Origin: an uncultured Thermoleophilaceae bacterium | GTDB lineage: Bacteria; Actinomycetota; Thermoleophilia; Solirubrobacterales; Thermoleophilaceae | Length of the DNA: 64,000 nucleotides | Reading direction: 5' to 3' | Assembly (NCBI GenBank): GCA_963770325.1 | Contig: CAVYPF010000003.1 | Location: 52,439 to 116,438, forward strand | Part shown: piece after piece, positions 17,379 through 26,119 of the stretch | How positions within the stretch are numbered: the stretch's first letter is position 1 | Layout of the letters: the number at the start of each line of letters is the position of its first letter | Translations under genes and position numbers: made by a program | The notes under the pieces: generated by a model | Seen by the model: the letters and a program-made list of their open reading frames with translations, nothing else | Told to the model about the DNA's origin: nothing | Database searches by the model: none

Positions 17379-18119
17379 CAGCCCTGAACGCGGCGCGCGA
17401 GCCCGGGCAGTCCGTAGCGCAGACGCGGCACCAGACCCCACGCCCTGCGGCACCGCCACCTCGGCCCGGCCACCGGGTCCGGCGCGCAGGATCGCGTCGG
17501 CCACCTTGTCCGGCGTGGACACCAGCCAGCGGCTGCGAGCGCTCTTCACGAGCTGGGTCTGCGGCATGCCCTCGGTGGCGATGAAGCCGGGCAGCACGAG
17601 CCCCACGTGCACGCCCGTGCGCTTCTCCTCCAGCCGCAGCGCCTCCGTCCAGCCGGCCAGCGCGAACTTCGACGCGGAGTACGCGCCGCCCTTCGCCCGG
17701 GCCACGCGCCCGGAGATCGAGGAGACGTTGACGATCGAGCTGGGCGCCGAGGCGCGCAGGACCGGCAGCAGCGCCTCCGTGAGGCGCACCACGGCGTCGA
17801 AGTTCAGGTCCATCGTGCGCCGGACGTTCTCGTAACCGCCGTCGCCGAAAGCCGCCCACCAGCCCGCGCCCGCGTTGTTCACCAGCAGGTCGAGCCGGCC
17901 CCAGAGCTCGTCCACGCGGGCGCGCACCTGGGCGGGAGCGCCCTCGTCGGTCAGGTCCACGGCCAGGTACTCGCCGCCGAACTCCTGACCGAGAGCGCGC
18001 AGCCGGTCCTCGCGGCGCGCCACGAGCAGCAGCCGCCAGCCGTCGGCCGCGAGCCTGCGCGCGGTGTGCTCGCCGATCCCGCTGGAGGCGCCGGTCACCA
18101 CCGCGCAGCGCTCGCTCAC
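17379..18119 (-). CDS. Short-chain dehydrogenase/reductase; apparent frameshift at the C4 run 17436-17439
   Basis: VVTGASSGIG, NNAG and YSASK motifs. Removing one base of the homopolymer gives a typical SDR tail (..VPQGVGLVPRLRYGLPGLARRVQG) ending at 17379 rather than the track end at 17310. Confidence 0.8.
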
Positions 18120-18457
18120 GCGGCCGCCAGCCTGTCCACGAGCGCCGCCATCTCACGCGCCATGCGCGAGCGCGGCACCACCAGATCGAAGCCCGCCTCG
18201 TCGGCGCGCCGGCGCGTGTCCTGCTCCACGTGCGAGTAGAAGCCGAGCGTGTGCACGCCCTCGAGGCGGCCGTCGGCGCGCATCGACTCCACGAGGGCGG
18301 CGCGCTCCTCGGCGTCGCTCGTGAGATCCACCACCAGCACGTCCGCGTCCCCCAGCTCCCCGCTGAAGGGCGTCACCTCGTGCCCGCCGGCCCGCAGGCC
18401 GCCCTCGAGCTTGGAGCCGAACAGCAGGTCAGGGCAGAGCAGAGCGACCCGCGCCAC
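18116..18457 (-). CDS. Hypothetical protein (possibly receiver-like alpha/beta fold)
   Basis: GTG start overlaps the upstream stop (TAGTG); the stop overlaps the SDR start (GTGA). High GC3. Confidence 0.55.
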   Translation of the reverse strand: MARVALLCPDLLFGSKLEGGLRAGGHEVTPFSGELGDADVLVVDLTSDAEERAALVESMRADGRLEGVHTLGFYSHVEQDTRRRADEAGFDLVVPRSRMAREMAALVDRLAAA

Positions 18458-18819
18458 TACTGATGACGCCGGCGCGCGAACTCGCGCCGCACGGACTCGG
18501 GCCGGCCCCACATCTGCACGACCTCCACGCGGCCGGAGCGCGAGTCCCGAGCCACGAGCTCACCCTCGATGCCCTGCTCGTCGAGCAGTCGCAGCGTGCC
18601 GCGCACCGTCTCGGCAGCTGCCGCGTGCCCGAACTCGTGGGCCACGTGCATGCGCCAGTGCCAGTCGTGCTTGGAGTACGGCTGAACGTTGACCTGGACG
18701 AGGATCGTCGCCGCCTCGATGTAGCGCTCCTCGTCGAAGATCCTCAGGTCGAGGCTGAGATCCGTCCAATCGGGAGGCAGCGTGTCGAGGATCGCCTGGA
18801 AGTCGTCTGCCAGAGCCAC
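18457..18819 (-). CDS. Hypothetical protein, 120 aa
   Basis: Clean ORF with coding-type composition. First gene of a three-gene translationally coupled string. Confidence 0.6.
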   Translation of the reverse strand: MALADDFQAILDTLPPDWTDLSLDLRIFDEERYIEAATILVQVNVQPYSKHDWHWRMHVAHEFGHAAAAETVRGTLRLLDEQGIEGELVARDSRSGRVEVVQMWGRPESVRREFARRRHQ

Positions 18820-18861
18820 GGCGCAGAACTGTATCGGTGAGCGCGTACCTACAATCGGACC

Positions 18862-19782
18862 GTGATCGCGACCACCGAGTACGAGCGCCTACGCGAGGCT
18901 GTCGGGCTGGTCGATCGCTCCGAGCGCGGGAAGTTCGTGCTGAGCGGCAGCGAGACGCTCGAGTTCCTGCAGGGGCAGGTGACCAACGACGTGGAGGCGC
19001 TCGAGCCGGGCCATGGCTGCTACGCCACGCTGCTCGATCACAAGGGCAAGATCCAGGCGGACATGCGCGTGCTGCGGCTGGCCGACTCGGTCTGGATCGA
19101 CTGCGAGGCCGTCGGCCGACCGGCCCTCGCGAAGACCATCCGCATGTACAGCCTGGGCCGCGACGTGCGCGGCGAGGACGTCACCGACCAGCGCGCGATC
19201 CTGTCGCTGATCGGTCCCGCCGCGCGCTCGGTGCTGGACGTCTCACCGCCGGACGAGGAGTACTCCTTCGTGGAGGGCGAGCACGGGATCTACGTGGCCA
19301 CCGACCTCGGCGTGGACGTGATCTGCGCCGCCGCCGATGCCGAGGCCGTCCGCGACGCGCTGGGCGTCGAGCCCGCGTCCGAGGAGGCCGCCGAGTGCCT
19401 GCGGATCGAGTCCGGCCGCCCGCGCCACGGACTCGAGCTCACCTCGGCGACGATCCCCCAGGAGGCCGGGATCAACGACCGGGCCGTGAGCTTCACCAAG
19501 GGTTGCTACGTGGGTCAGGAGACCGTGGCTCGCCTCCACTACAAGGGCAAGCCGAACCGCTTCCTGAGGGGCCTCGTGCTCAGCGCGCCGGTCGAACAGG
19601 GGGCGGCGATCACGCTGGGAGAGCGCGAGGTCGGCAGCATCGGATCCACCGCCGTCTCGCCCGCCCAGGGGCCGATCGCGCTGGCGCTGATCAGGCGCGA
19701 AGCCTCCCCCGGAGACACCGTCACGGTCGGCCCGGAGGCCGTTCAGGCCGAAGTGATCGAGCTTCCGTTCGGACGCGAATAG
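18862..19782 (+). CDS. ygfZ: Folate-binding YgfZ/GcvT-family protein
   Basis: GcvT-like N-terminal region (GLVDRSERGKFVLSGSETLEFLQGQVTNDV) and the YgfZ signature KGCYVGQE. Confidence 0.8.
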   Translation: MIATTEYERLREAVGLVDRSERGKFVLSGSETLEFLQGQVTNDVEALEPGHGCYATLLDHKGKIQADMRVLRLADSVWIDCEAVGRPALAKTIRMYSLGRDVRGEDVTDQRAILSLIGPAARSVLDVSPPDEEYSFVEGEHGIYVATDLGVDVICAAADAEAVRDALGVEPASEEAAECLRIESGRPRHGLELTSATIPQEAGINDRAVSFTKGCYVGQETVARLHYKGKPNRFLRGLVLSAPVEQGAAITLGEREVGSIGSTAVSPAQGPIALALIRREASPGDTVTVGPEAVQAEVIELPFGRE

Positions 19783-19833
19783 CGGAGTCCCCGCCTCCGC
19801 GCCGTCGCATTACCGACACCATTCCGGGGTACC

Positions 19834-20079
19834 ATGGCCTCAAGTCGCCAACGAGTCGAGCCCCGGGAGGCCCCCGTGACCGCCTTTACGCAAGAACAGG
19901 CAACGAGGAAGCTCGCCGATATCGACGTGCGTATCAAGCAGGCCTGGGAGGCCTACAACGAGAGCCTCCGTGATCTCGCGGGGCAGGAGTACGAGGACGC
20001 GGAGGGTCAGTCGTGGGATCGTCTCCAGAGCAGGCTCCGGGAACTCGACGGCGAGCGCCAGCTAGTCGTGGGGGACTGA
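19834..20079 (+). CDS. Small acidic coiled-coil hypothetical protein
   Basis: 81-aa ORF with reasonable codon bias and no recognisable family. Confidence 0.4.
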   Translation: MASSRQRVEPREAPVTAFTQEQATRKLADIDVRIKQAWEAYNESLRDLAGQEYEDAEGQSWDRLQSRLRELDGERQLVVGD

Positions 20080-21057
20080 GCCCGCGCAGCCCGCTGCTCG
20101 GCGGGCCGCTCGAATTCGACGCAGGGTCCGAGGAGCCGCGACCGCGGCGGCCGCACTTCGATCCGGGCGCCGACCTCTACGAGCTCCCCAGCGAGACGGC
20201 GCAGGCGGCGGCCGAGCTGGCCGACCTCGACCTGCGGCAGCTGCGCGAGCTGATCCCAGGCCCCGATTCCAGCCGAGCGCTCGACGACTGGGGCCGCTCG
20301 GAGCGCGTCTTCTCGCTGATGGAGCCGCTGCTCAACTTCTACTACCGCTACTGGTTCCGGGTCGAGCAGGAGGGCGTCGAGAACGTGCCCGCCGAGGGCG
20401 GCGCACTGCTCGTGTCGAACCACTCCGGCGCGCTGCCTCCCGACGCGCCGATGATCATGCAGACGATCCGCAACGAGCACCCCGCGCCGCGCCCGCTGTA
20501 CATGCTCGGCGAGCACTGGTTCAAGGGCTACCCGGGCGTGGGGATGCTCACCAACAAGCTCGGCCTGGTGGCGGCCCACCCCGCCAACGCCCAGCGGCTG
20601 CTGCGCGACGAGGGTCGTCTCGCGATCGTGTTCCCGGAGGGCCAGAAGGGCAGCCGCAAGCTCTACTGGCAGCGCTACCGGCTGCGACGCTTCGGCCGCG
20701 GCGGCTTCGTGAAGACCGCGCTGCGCTCCGGCGTGCCGATCGTGCCGATCGCCGTGATCGGCGCCGAGGAGGCGATGCCGATCTTCGCCCACGTGCCGCT
20801 CCTCCAGCGCCTCACCGGTCTCATCTACTTCCCGATCAACCACGCCTTCCCGCAGTTCGGACCGGCCGCCGGGCCTCATGTATCTGCCCGCGAAGTTCAA
20901 GATCCGCTTCCTCGAGCCCATCAGCTTCGACGGCTACGGCCCCGAGGACGCCGACGACCTGGAGCTCGTCCAGTCGCTCGCCGAGGATGTGCGCGCGCGC
21001 ATCCAGGCCGAGGTGGACCGCCTTCTGGTTTCGCGTAGCTCAGTGTGGTTCGGTTAG
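20013..21057 (+). CDS. Lysophospholipid (1-acyl-sn-glycerol-3-phosphate) acyltransferase family protein; apparent frameshift at the GGG run 20871-20873
   Basis: NHSG acyltransferase motif and FPEGQKG. After 20873 the conserved tail (GLMYLPAKFKIRFLEPI..VQSLAEDVRARIQ..) continues in the +1 frame to a stop at 21055-21057. Start uncertain. Confidence 0.75.
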
Positions 21058-21073
21058 GGTTCCGCGCGAGAGG

Positions 21074-21508
21074 ATGAGAGGGAGAGGAAGGACCCCGGTC
21101 GCCGCGCTCCTCTCGAGCCTGTTGGGACTAGGGCTCGTGGCATGCGGCGGCGGCAGTGACTTCAAGGACCGGGCGCGTCCGCCTGTGCCCCTGCAACTGA
21201 ACGGCGTGATCACCGCCAGCCGCGTGACCGTCTCCCCGAACAAGGTCGGGGCCGGCCCCGTGGTGATCATCGTCTCGAACCAGACGCGGATCTCCCACAC
21301 CCTCACGCTCGACGGCGGCAACATCGCCCCGGTGCGGGTCGGCCCGATCAACCCGCTCGACACCGGCCAGATCCAGCAGACCCTCCAGCCCGGCCAGTAC
21401 ACCGTGAAGGCGGGCTCCGCCGAGGCGGTCACGAGGGAGATCGCGCCGGCGCATCTCATCATTGGGAAGGCGCGGCCGAACTCGAACGATCAGGTGGAAT
21501 TGCCGTAG
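21074..21508 (+). CDS. Lipoprotein, possibly cupredoxin-like fold
   Basis: Lipobox LGLGLVAC. The beta-rich ~120-aa mature part shows only weak resemblance to EfeO-type cupredoxin domains. Confidence 0.5.
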   Translation: MRGRGRTPVAALLSSLLGLGLVACGGGSDFKDRARPPVPLQLNGVITASRVTVSPNKVGAGPVVIIVSNQTRISHTLTLDGGNIAPVRVGPINPLDTGQIQQTLQPGQYTVKAGSAEAVTREIAPAHLIIGKARPNSNDQVELP

Positions 21509-21633
21509 GTAGTGCCAGTGCCAGTGCGTTGGTCGGTCGTCGGAGCCGCCAGTCGCAGCGGTTCTAGGCGCTAGCGAACCAGACACCAGGCACTCGGCAA
21601 TTCGGGTTGACGTTTCCTTCCTCCGCTGCAATA

Positions 21634-21649
21634 CTTGCATGCATGCAAG
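21634..21649. promoter_or_regulatory. Perfect 16-nt palindrome CTTGCATGCATGCAAG, candidate MarR operator
   Basis: Read directly. Overlaps the likely marR ATG (21643) and lies 22 nt downstream of a TTGACG hexamer (21607-21612). Confidence 0.45.
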
Positions 21650-22155
21650 CATCCACTGCGCAGAAGCAAGCTGTTGAGAAGCAGGATCCGCTGGTTGGGA
21701 ACCTCGCCGGCTTCCTGCATCACGTCTGGCGTGTGTGCGGCTCTGGAGGTGGCTTCCTCGAGGCCATCGACGAGCTGGGCCTCTCCCTCTCGCAGTTGAA
21801 GGCTCTGCAGTTGCTCTCCACCACCGAGGCTCCCGAGCTGTCACTGAAGCAGCTCGGCGACGCCCTTGGTCTGTCGCTCCCGGCCATCAGCCGGGCCGTC
21901 GACGGCCTCGTCCAGCGCGGACTCGTGACGCGCACCGAGGACGCCACCGACCGGCGCATGAAGCGCGTCCGCACGACCAAGGACGGCGATGACATCGTCG
22001 ACCACCTGGTCGAGATCCGCTTCGGCGAGCTGGCGAAGTACGTGGAGACGCTTACCCCGCTCGAGCGCGACAAGCTCGGAGCGGCGCTCGACGCTCTCAG
22101 CGAGCACGAGCAGCTATCGAATCCCTTGGCCCAGAAGGAGTCCCCCAGTGCCTGA
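21643..22155 (+). CDS. MarR-family transcriptional regulator
   Basis: Winged-helix core LSLSQLKALQLL..LGLSLPAISRAVDGLVQRGLVTRTEDATDRR. The 3' end overlaps the MFS start (GTGCCTGA). Confidence 0.85.
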   Translation: MQASTAQKQAVEKQDPLVGNLAGFLHHVWRVCGSGGGFLEAIDELGLSLSQLKALQLLSTTEAPELSLKQLGDALGLSLPAISRAVDGLVQRGLVTRTEDATDRRMKRVRTTKDGDDIVDHLVEIRFGELAKYVETLTPLERDKLGAALDALSEHEQLSNPLAQKESPSA

Positions 22156-23740
22156 CCGCCTCCGCCTCACAGAGGACAACCGCAAGTGGTGGACGCTCGG
22201 AGCGATGTGCTTCGCGCTGTTCATGATCATGCTCGACAACACCGTCGTGAACGTCGCGCTGCCGTCCATCCAGCGCAGCCTGCACGCGTCGCTCTCGAGC
22301 CTCGAGTGGACCGTGAACGCGTACACGCTCAGCTTCGCCGTGCTGCTGGTCACCGGCGGGCGGCTGGGTGACATCTTCGGCCGCAGGCGCATGTTCCTGT
22401 TCGGCGTGGTGCTCTTCGCCGTCTCGAGCGCCGCCATCGGCCTCGCCCCCTCGGACACCTGGCTGGTGGCCGGGCGCGCGCTCCAGGGCGTCGGCGCGGC
22501 GTTCATGATGCCCGCCACCCTCTCGATCATCTCCAACACCTTCCCGCCCCACGAGCGCGGCCGCGCGATCGGCACATGGGCCGGCGTGTCCGCGCTGGCA
22601 CTCGCGCTCGGCCCGGTGGTGGGCGGCGCGCTGACCCAGTACGTGTCCTGGCGCGCGATCTTCTACATCAACGTCCCGGTGGCAGTGGCCGCGGTGGCGG
22701 TGACCCTGTTCGCCACCAAGGAGTCGCGCGACGAGACGATCGACAAGCGGGTGGACATCCCGGGCATCCTGGCGCTGTCCGCCGGCCTCACCGCCCTGAT
22801 CCTCGCGCTCGTCGAGAGCACGAGCTGGGGCTGGGGCTCGCCCCGGATCATCGGCCTGTTCGCGGCATCCGTCGTGGCGCTGGTGGCCTTCGTGGTGATC
22901 GAGACGCACGTGCGCGCGCCGATGGTGCAGTTCGAGTTCTTCAAGTCGCGCTCGTTCTTCGGCGCCAACTCGATCGCGCTGATCGTGTCCTTCGCGATGC
23001 TGGCGATGTTCTTCTTCTCGGCGCTCTACATCCAGAACATCCTGGGCTACAGCCCACTGCAGGCGGGTCTGCGCTTCCTGCCCTCCACGTTGATGATCGT
23101 GCTGATCGCGCCGATCTCGGGACGCCTGTCCGACCGGATCGGGCCGCGCATCCCGATGACCGCGGGCCTGGCGATCGTCTCGGTGGCGCTCTACATGCAG
23201 ACGACCATCACCGACAGCACCGGCTACGGCCACCTGCTGCCTGCCTTCGTGCTGATGGGTATCGGCATGGCGCTCACGATGTCGCCGATGTCCACCGCCG
23301 CCATGAACGCGGTGAGCGTGGACAAGGCGGGCGTGGCCTCCGGGATCCTGTCGATGAACCGGATGCTCGGCGGCACGCTCGGCGTGGCGCTGCTCGGCAC
23401 GCTGTTCCAGTCGGTGAGCAAGAGCCGCCTCACGTCGAACCTGGCGAACGTCCCGCTCGCGCCGGGCCAGCGCTCGGAGCTCGCGGCCCAGGTCGGCCAG
23501 GGCGTCTCCTCGGTGCACATCGCCGACCCGACGATGAGGCAGACGGTGATCCACGCCACCCACGACGCCTTCATCCACGGCTTCACCAGCGCGATGACGT
23601 TCGCGACGGTGGTCGCGGCGGTCGGCGCGGTCGTGGCGTTCGTCTTCATCGACGGCGTCCGCCAGCGCAAGCCGGCAACGGCGACCGAGCCCGAGGCCGC
23701 CGCTACCGCCACGGCGCACGCAGAGGCGCTGGGCGTCTAG
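22148..23740 (+). CDS. MFS transporter, DHA2 (EmrB/QacA, 14-TMS) drug:H+ antiporter family
   Basis: WWTLGAMCFALFMIMLDNTVVNVALPSIQ.., GGRLGDIFGRRRMF and many TM segments. GTG at 22148 chosen inside the longer track ORF. Confidence 0.9.
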   Translation: MPDRLRLTEDNRKWWTLGAMCFALFMIMLDNTVVNVALPSIQRSLHASLSSLEWTVNAYTLSFAVLLVTGGRLGDIFGRRRMFLFGVVLFAVSSAAIGLAPSDTWLVAGRALQGVGAAFMMPATLSIISNTFPPHERGRAIGTWAGVSALALALGPVVGGALTQYVSWRAIFYINVPVAVAAVAVTLFATKESRDETIDKRVDIPGILALSAGLTALILALVESTSWGWGSPRIIGLFAASVVALVAFVVIETHVRAPMVQFEFFKSRSFFGANSIALIVSFAMLAMFFFSALYIQNILGYSPLQAGLRFLPSTLMIVLIAPISGRLSDRIGPRIPMTAGLAIVSVALYMQTTITDSTGYGHLLPAFVLMGIGMALTMSPMSTAAMNAVSVDKAGVASGILSMNRMLGGTLGVALLGTLFQSVSKSRLTSNLANVPLAPGQRSELAAQVGQGVSSVHIADPTMRQTVIHATHDAFIHGFTSAMTFATVVAAVGAVVAFVFIDGVRQRKPATATEPEAAATATAHAEALGV

Positions 23741-23742
23741 TT

Positions 23743-23814
23743 CGGAGGTACGGAGTACGGAAGTACGGAGGTACGGACCCCAGTTCTCCGTACTTCCGTA
23801 CTTCCGTACTTCCG
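23743..23814 (+). terminator. Long hairpin built from tandem 8-mers (GGAGGTAC-like x4 / GTACTTCC x3), probable terminator of the marR-MFS operon
   Basis: About 26 consecutive pairs (23752-23777 with 23787-23812) if G-U pairs are allowed on the plus-strand RNA. No U-tract follows. Confidence 0.5.
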
Positions 23815-23836
23815 CAGGCGCTGTATACCTCCCCCC

Positions 23837-24127
23837 GTGCGCATCGCGATCCCAATCCTCCTGACGGTCGCGGGCCTCCTCTGGCTCTTCCTCGCCCCCT
23901 CCAAGCTCGGGCGCCCGGCGGCTCTGCTGCTCATCGCGACGGGGGTGCTGTTCCTGATCTCGGTGTCCCACTGCCCGGACGGGACCTGCACCACGACCAC
24001 GCCCTGGTGGTCCTCCGCGGCCGGGGCGCTGGCGGGTATCTGCGCAATCGGGGTGATTTGCTCGCTGCTGGCTGCGGTCGCCCAGACCCTGATCGACTGG
24101 GTCCGTCGAGGTAGTGCCCCGCGGTAG
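23837..24127 (+). CDS. Small membrane protein, hypothetical
   Basis: 96-aa ORF with three hydrophobic segments. GTG start. Confidence 0.4.
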   Translation: MRIAIPILLTVAGLLWLFLAPSKLGRPAALLLIATGVLFLISVSHCPDGTCTTTTPWWSSAAGALAGICAIGVICSLLAAVAQTLIDWVRRGSAPR

Positions 24128-24165
24128 CATCCGGCCCCTCTCGACCTTTGGAGGCCGGTCTGACG

Positions 24166-25419
24166 ATGGCGCAAGTTGACCTGACGAACGTGAGCGAGGT
24201 GGGCGTCGAGCCCGGCACGCTCCCGGAGACGATGGCGGCGTGGGTGATTCGCCAAGAGCGCGAAGGACAGCCCATGGACGCATTCCAGCTCGAGCAGATC
24301 GAGGTGCCGGAGCCCGGCCCGTTCGAGGTGCTCGTACGCGTAATGGCGGCTGGGGTCAACTACAACAACGTCTGGGCGGCGCTCGGCAAGCCGGTATCCG
24401 TATTCCGCTCCCACCCCGATGAGGACCACCACATCGGCGGCTCGGACGGCTCAGGTGTGGTCTGGAAGGTCGGCGCCGGCGTGACGCGCTGGCAGCCGGG
24501 CGACGAGGTGGTGCTGCACTGCAATCAGGCCTCGTACGAGGATCCCGAGGTGCACGGCCTGGACCCGCTCGCCGCGCCGTCGCAGAAGATCTGGGGTTAC
24601 GAGACCTCCTGGGGCTCCTTCGCCCAGTTCACCAAGGTCCAGGAGCAGCAGCTGCTCCACAAGCCGCCGAACCTGACCTGGGAGGAGGCCGCCTCGTACG
24701 GGCTCACCTACTTCACGGCCTACCGGATGCTGATCGACCAGTGCGACCTCCAGGCCGGCCACAAGGTGCTGATCTGGGGCGCCGCCGGAGGCCTCGGCGT
24801 GTTCGCCATCCAGCTCTGCAAGCTGGCCGGCGCGGAGTGCGTGGGCGTGGTGTCCTCGGACGAGAAGGGCGAGCTGTGCATGCAGCTCGGGGCCAGCGGC
24901 TACATCAACCGCAACGAGTTCGCGGGCATGATGCGCAAGGGCGGCGAGACCGACGAGGAGGAGAAGGCTCGCTTCGCGGAGTCGCGCCGTTTCGGCAAGG
25001 CGGTGAAGGAGATCCTCGGCGACTCGCCCGACATCGTGTTCGAGCACGTGGGCATGGCCACCTTCCCCACCTCGGTGTTCGTGGTGAAGCCGTTCGGCAA
25101 GGTCGTGATCTGCGCCGGCACCACCGGCTTCAACCTCGATTTCGACGTCCGCTACCTGTGGATGCGGCAGAAGCAGATCATCGGCTCGCACTTCGCGAAC
25201 GCCTGGGAGTGCACGAAGGCCAACGAGCTGATGGCCCGGGGCGATATCCGGCCGGTGCTGTGGCGTACGATGGGCTTCGATGGCGTCGCAGAGGCACACC
25301 AACTGATGCTCGAGAACAAGCACCTGGGCAAGATCTCGATCCTCGTCGGAGCCGAGTCCGAGGGGCTCGGCAAGACGGCCGAGGGGCCGGGCGCCATCCG
25401 GGCGGAGGTGGGCGCGTGA
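24166..25419 (+). CDS. ccr: Crotonyl-CoA carboxylase/reductase
   Basis: Full-length match to the Ccr architecture (..AAGVNYNNVWAALG..GGSDGSGVVW..IWGAAGGLGVFAIQL..). GGAGG lies 11 nt before the ATG at 24166. Confidence 0.9.
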   Translation: MAQVDLTNVSEVGVEPGTLPETMAAWVIRQEREGQPMDAFQLEQIEVPEPGPFEVLVRVMAAGVNYNNVWAALGKPVSVFRSHPDEDHHIGGSDGSGVVWKVGAGVTRWQPGDEVVLHCNQASYEDPEVHGLDPLAAPSQKIWGYETSWGSFAQFTKVQEQQLLHKPPNLTWEEAASYGLTYFTAYRMLIDQCDLQAGHKVLIWGAAGGLGVFAIQLCKLAGAECVGVVSSDEKGELCMQLGASGYINRNEFAGMMRKGGETDEEEKARFAESRRFGKAVKEILGDSPDIVFEHVGMATFPTSVFVVKPFGKVVICAGTTGFNLDFDVRYLWMRQKQIIGSHFANAWECTKANELMARGDIRPVLWRTMGFDGVAEAHQLMLENKHLGKISILVGAESEGLGKTAEGPGAIRAEVGA

Positions 25420-25757
25420 TCGGCGAGCCGGGCGACACGCTCGCCCAGGTCACCTGGATCACGAACCCCTTCCGAGCGGAGAAGTTCGCCGCGATCTGGA
25501 TGCCGGCCACCGAGCTCATGATGGATTTCGGCGCGCGCGGCTGGGCGTTGCTGCGCTCCAACGAGGATCCGCAGCAGTACATCCAGCTCGGGCTGTTCGA
25601 CAACAAGGTCGACTTCGACCGCTACTGGTACTCGCCGGTGCTCTCGGAGTACAAGACCCAGGCACAGGGGCTGTTCCACGTACCGGTGCTGCCGATCTGG
25701 GTGACGGTCGAAGGCTCGGGCTCGCTGGTCAGCGAGCCTGCGCAGACCGTGGACTAA
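25416..25757 (+). CDS. Small ABM/Dabb-like hypothetical protein, translationally coupled to ccr
   Basis: GTG overlaps the ccr stop (GTGA). The 113-aa sequence is hidden at the end of an off-frame track ORF (24741-25757). Confidence 0.6.
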   Translation: MIGEPGDTLAQVTWITNPFRAEKFAAIWMPATELMMDFGARGWALLRSNEDPQQYIQLGLFDNKVDFDRYWYSPVLSEYKTQAQGLFHVPVLPIWVTVEGSGSLVSEPAQTVD

Positions 25758-26047
25758 CCCTGTTCCAAGGGCGCCATCGTCAGCCCAGCCTCGTTCAGCT
25801 GCTCCCAGTAGTGCTCCGCGGTCTCCTTCTGGCCTGACCAAACGATCGCCTGGCCGGCGTTGTGAATGCGGTTGGCCATCGCGAAGCCCTGGTCGAGGTT
25901 CACGCCGGGGAGAACGCGCGCGAGGGCGGCCGCCACGCCCTCGAAGGTGTTGTGGTTGTCGTTCAGCACGATCACGCGCCAGTCCCCACCCACTCCCGAG
26001 CCCGGACCAGAGGTGCGCGGGAGCTCGATCGTGCCCTCGCCGCTCAT
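25754..26047 (-). CDS. clpS: ATP-dependent Clp protease adaptor ClpS
   Basis: WRVIVLNDNHNTFEGVAAALARVLPG..AMANRIHNAGQAIVW is a ClpS core. It is the C-terminal part of a longer spurious track ORF. Confidence 0.85.
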   Translation of the reverse strand: MSGEGTIELPRTSGPGSGVGGDWRVIVLNDNHNTFEGVAAALARVLPGVNLDQGFAMANRIHNAGQAIVWSGQKETAEHYWEQLNEAGLTMAPLEQG

Positions 26048-26103
26048 GCGATCGCGCCCGACGTGCATGACATCAATCACCCGGCTCATCCCCCTAGGGA
26101 CCA

Positions 26104-26119
26104 TACAATTCCCGGGGTG
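26104..26119 (+). promoter_or_regulatory. Candidate -10 box TACAAT placed for a leaderless ecm transcript
   Basis: TACAAT at 26104-26109, 7 nt before the GTG at 26117. Confidence 0.3.

Noticed and set aside
23737-24432. 231-aa minus-strand ORF between the MFS gene and ccr.
   Set aside because: It is antisense to the ccr 5' end and to the small membrane ORF. Its composition is not coding-like and no family is recognised.
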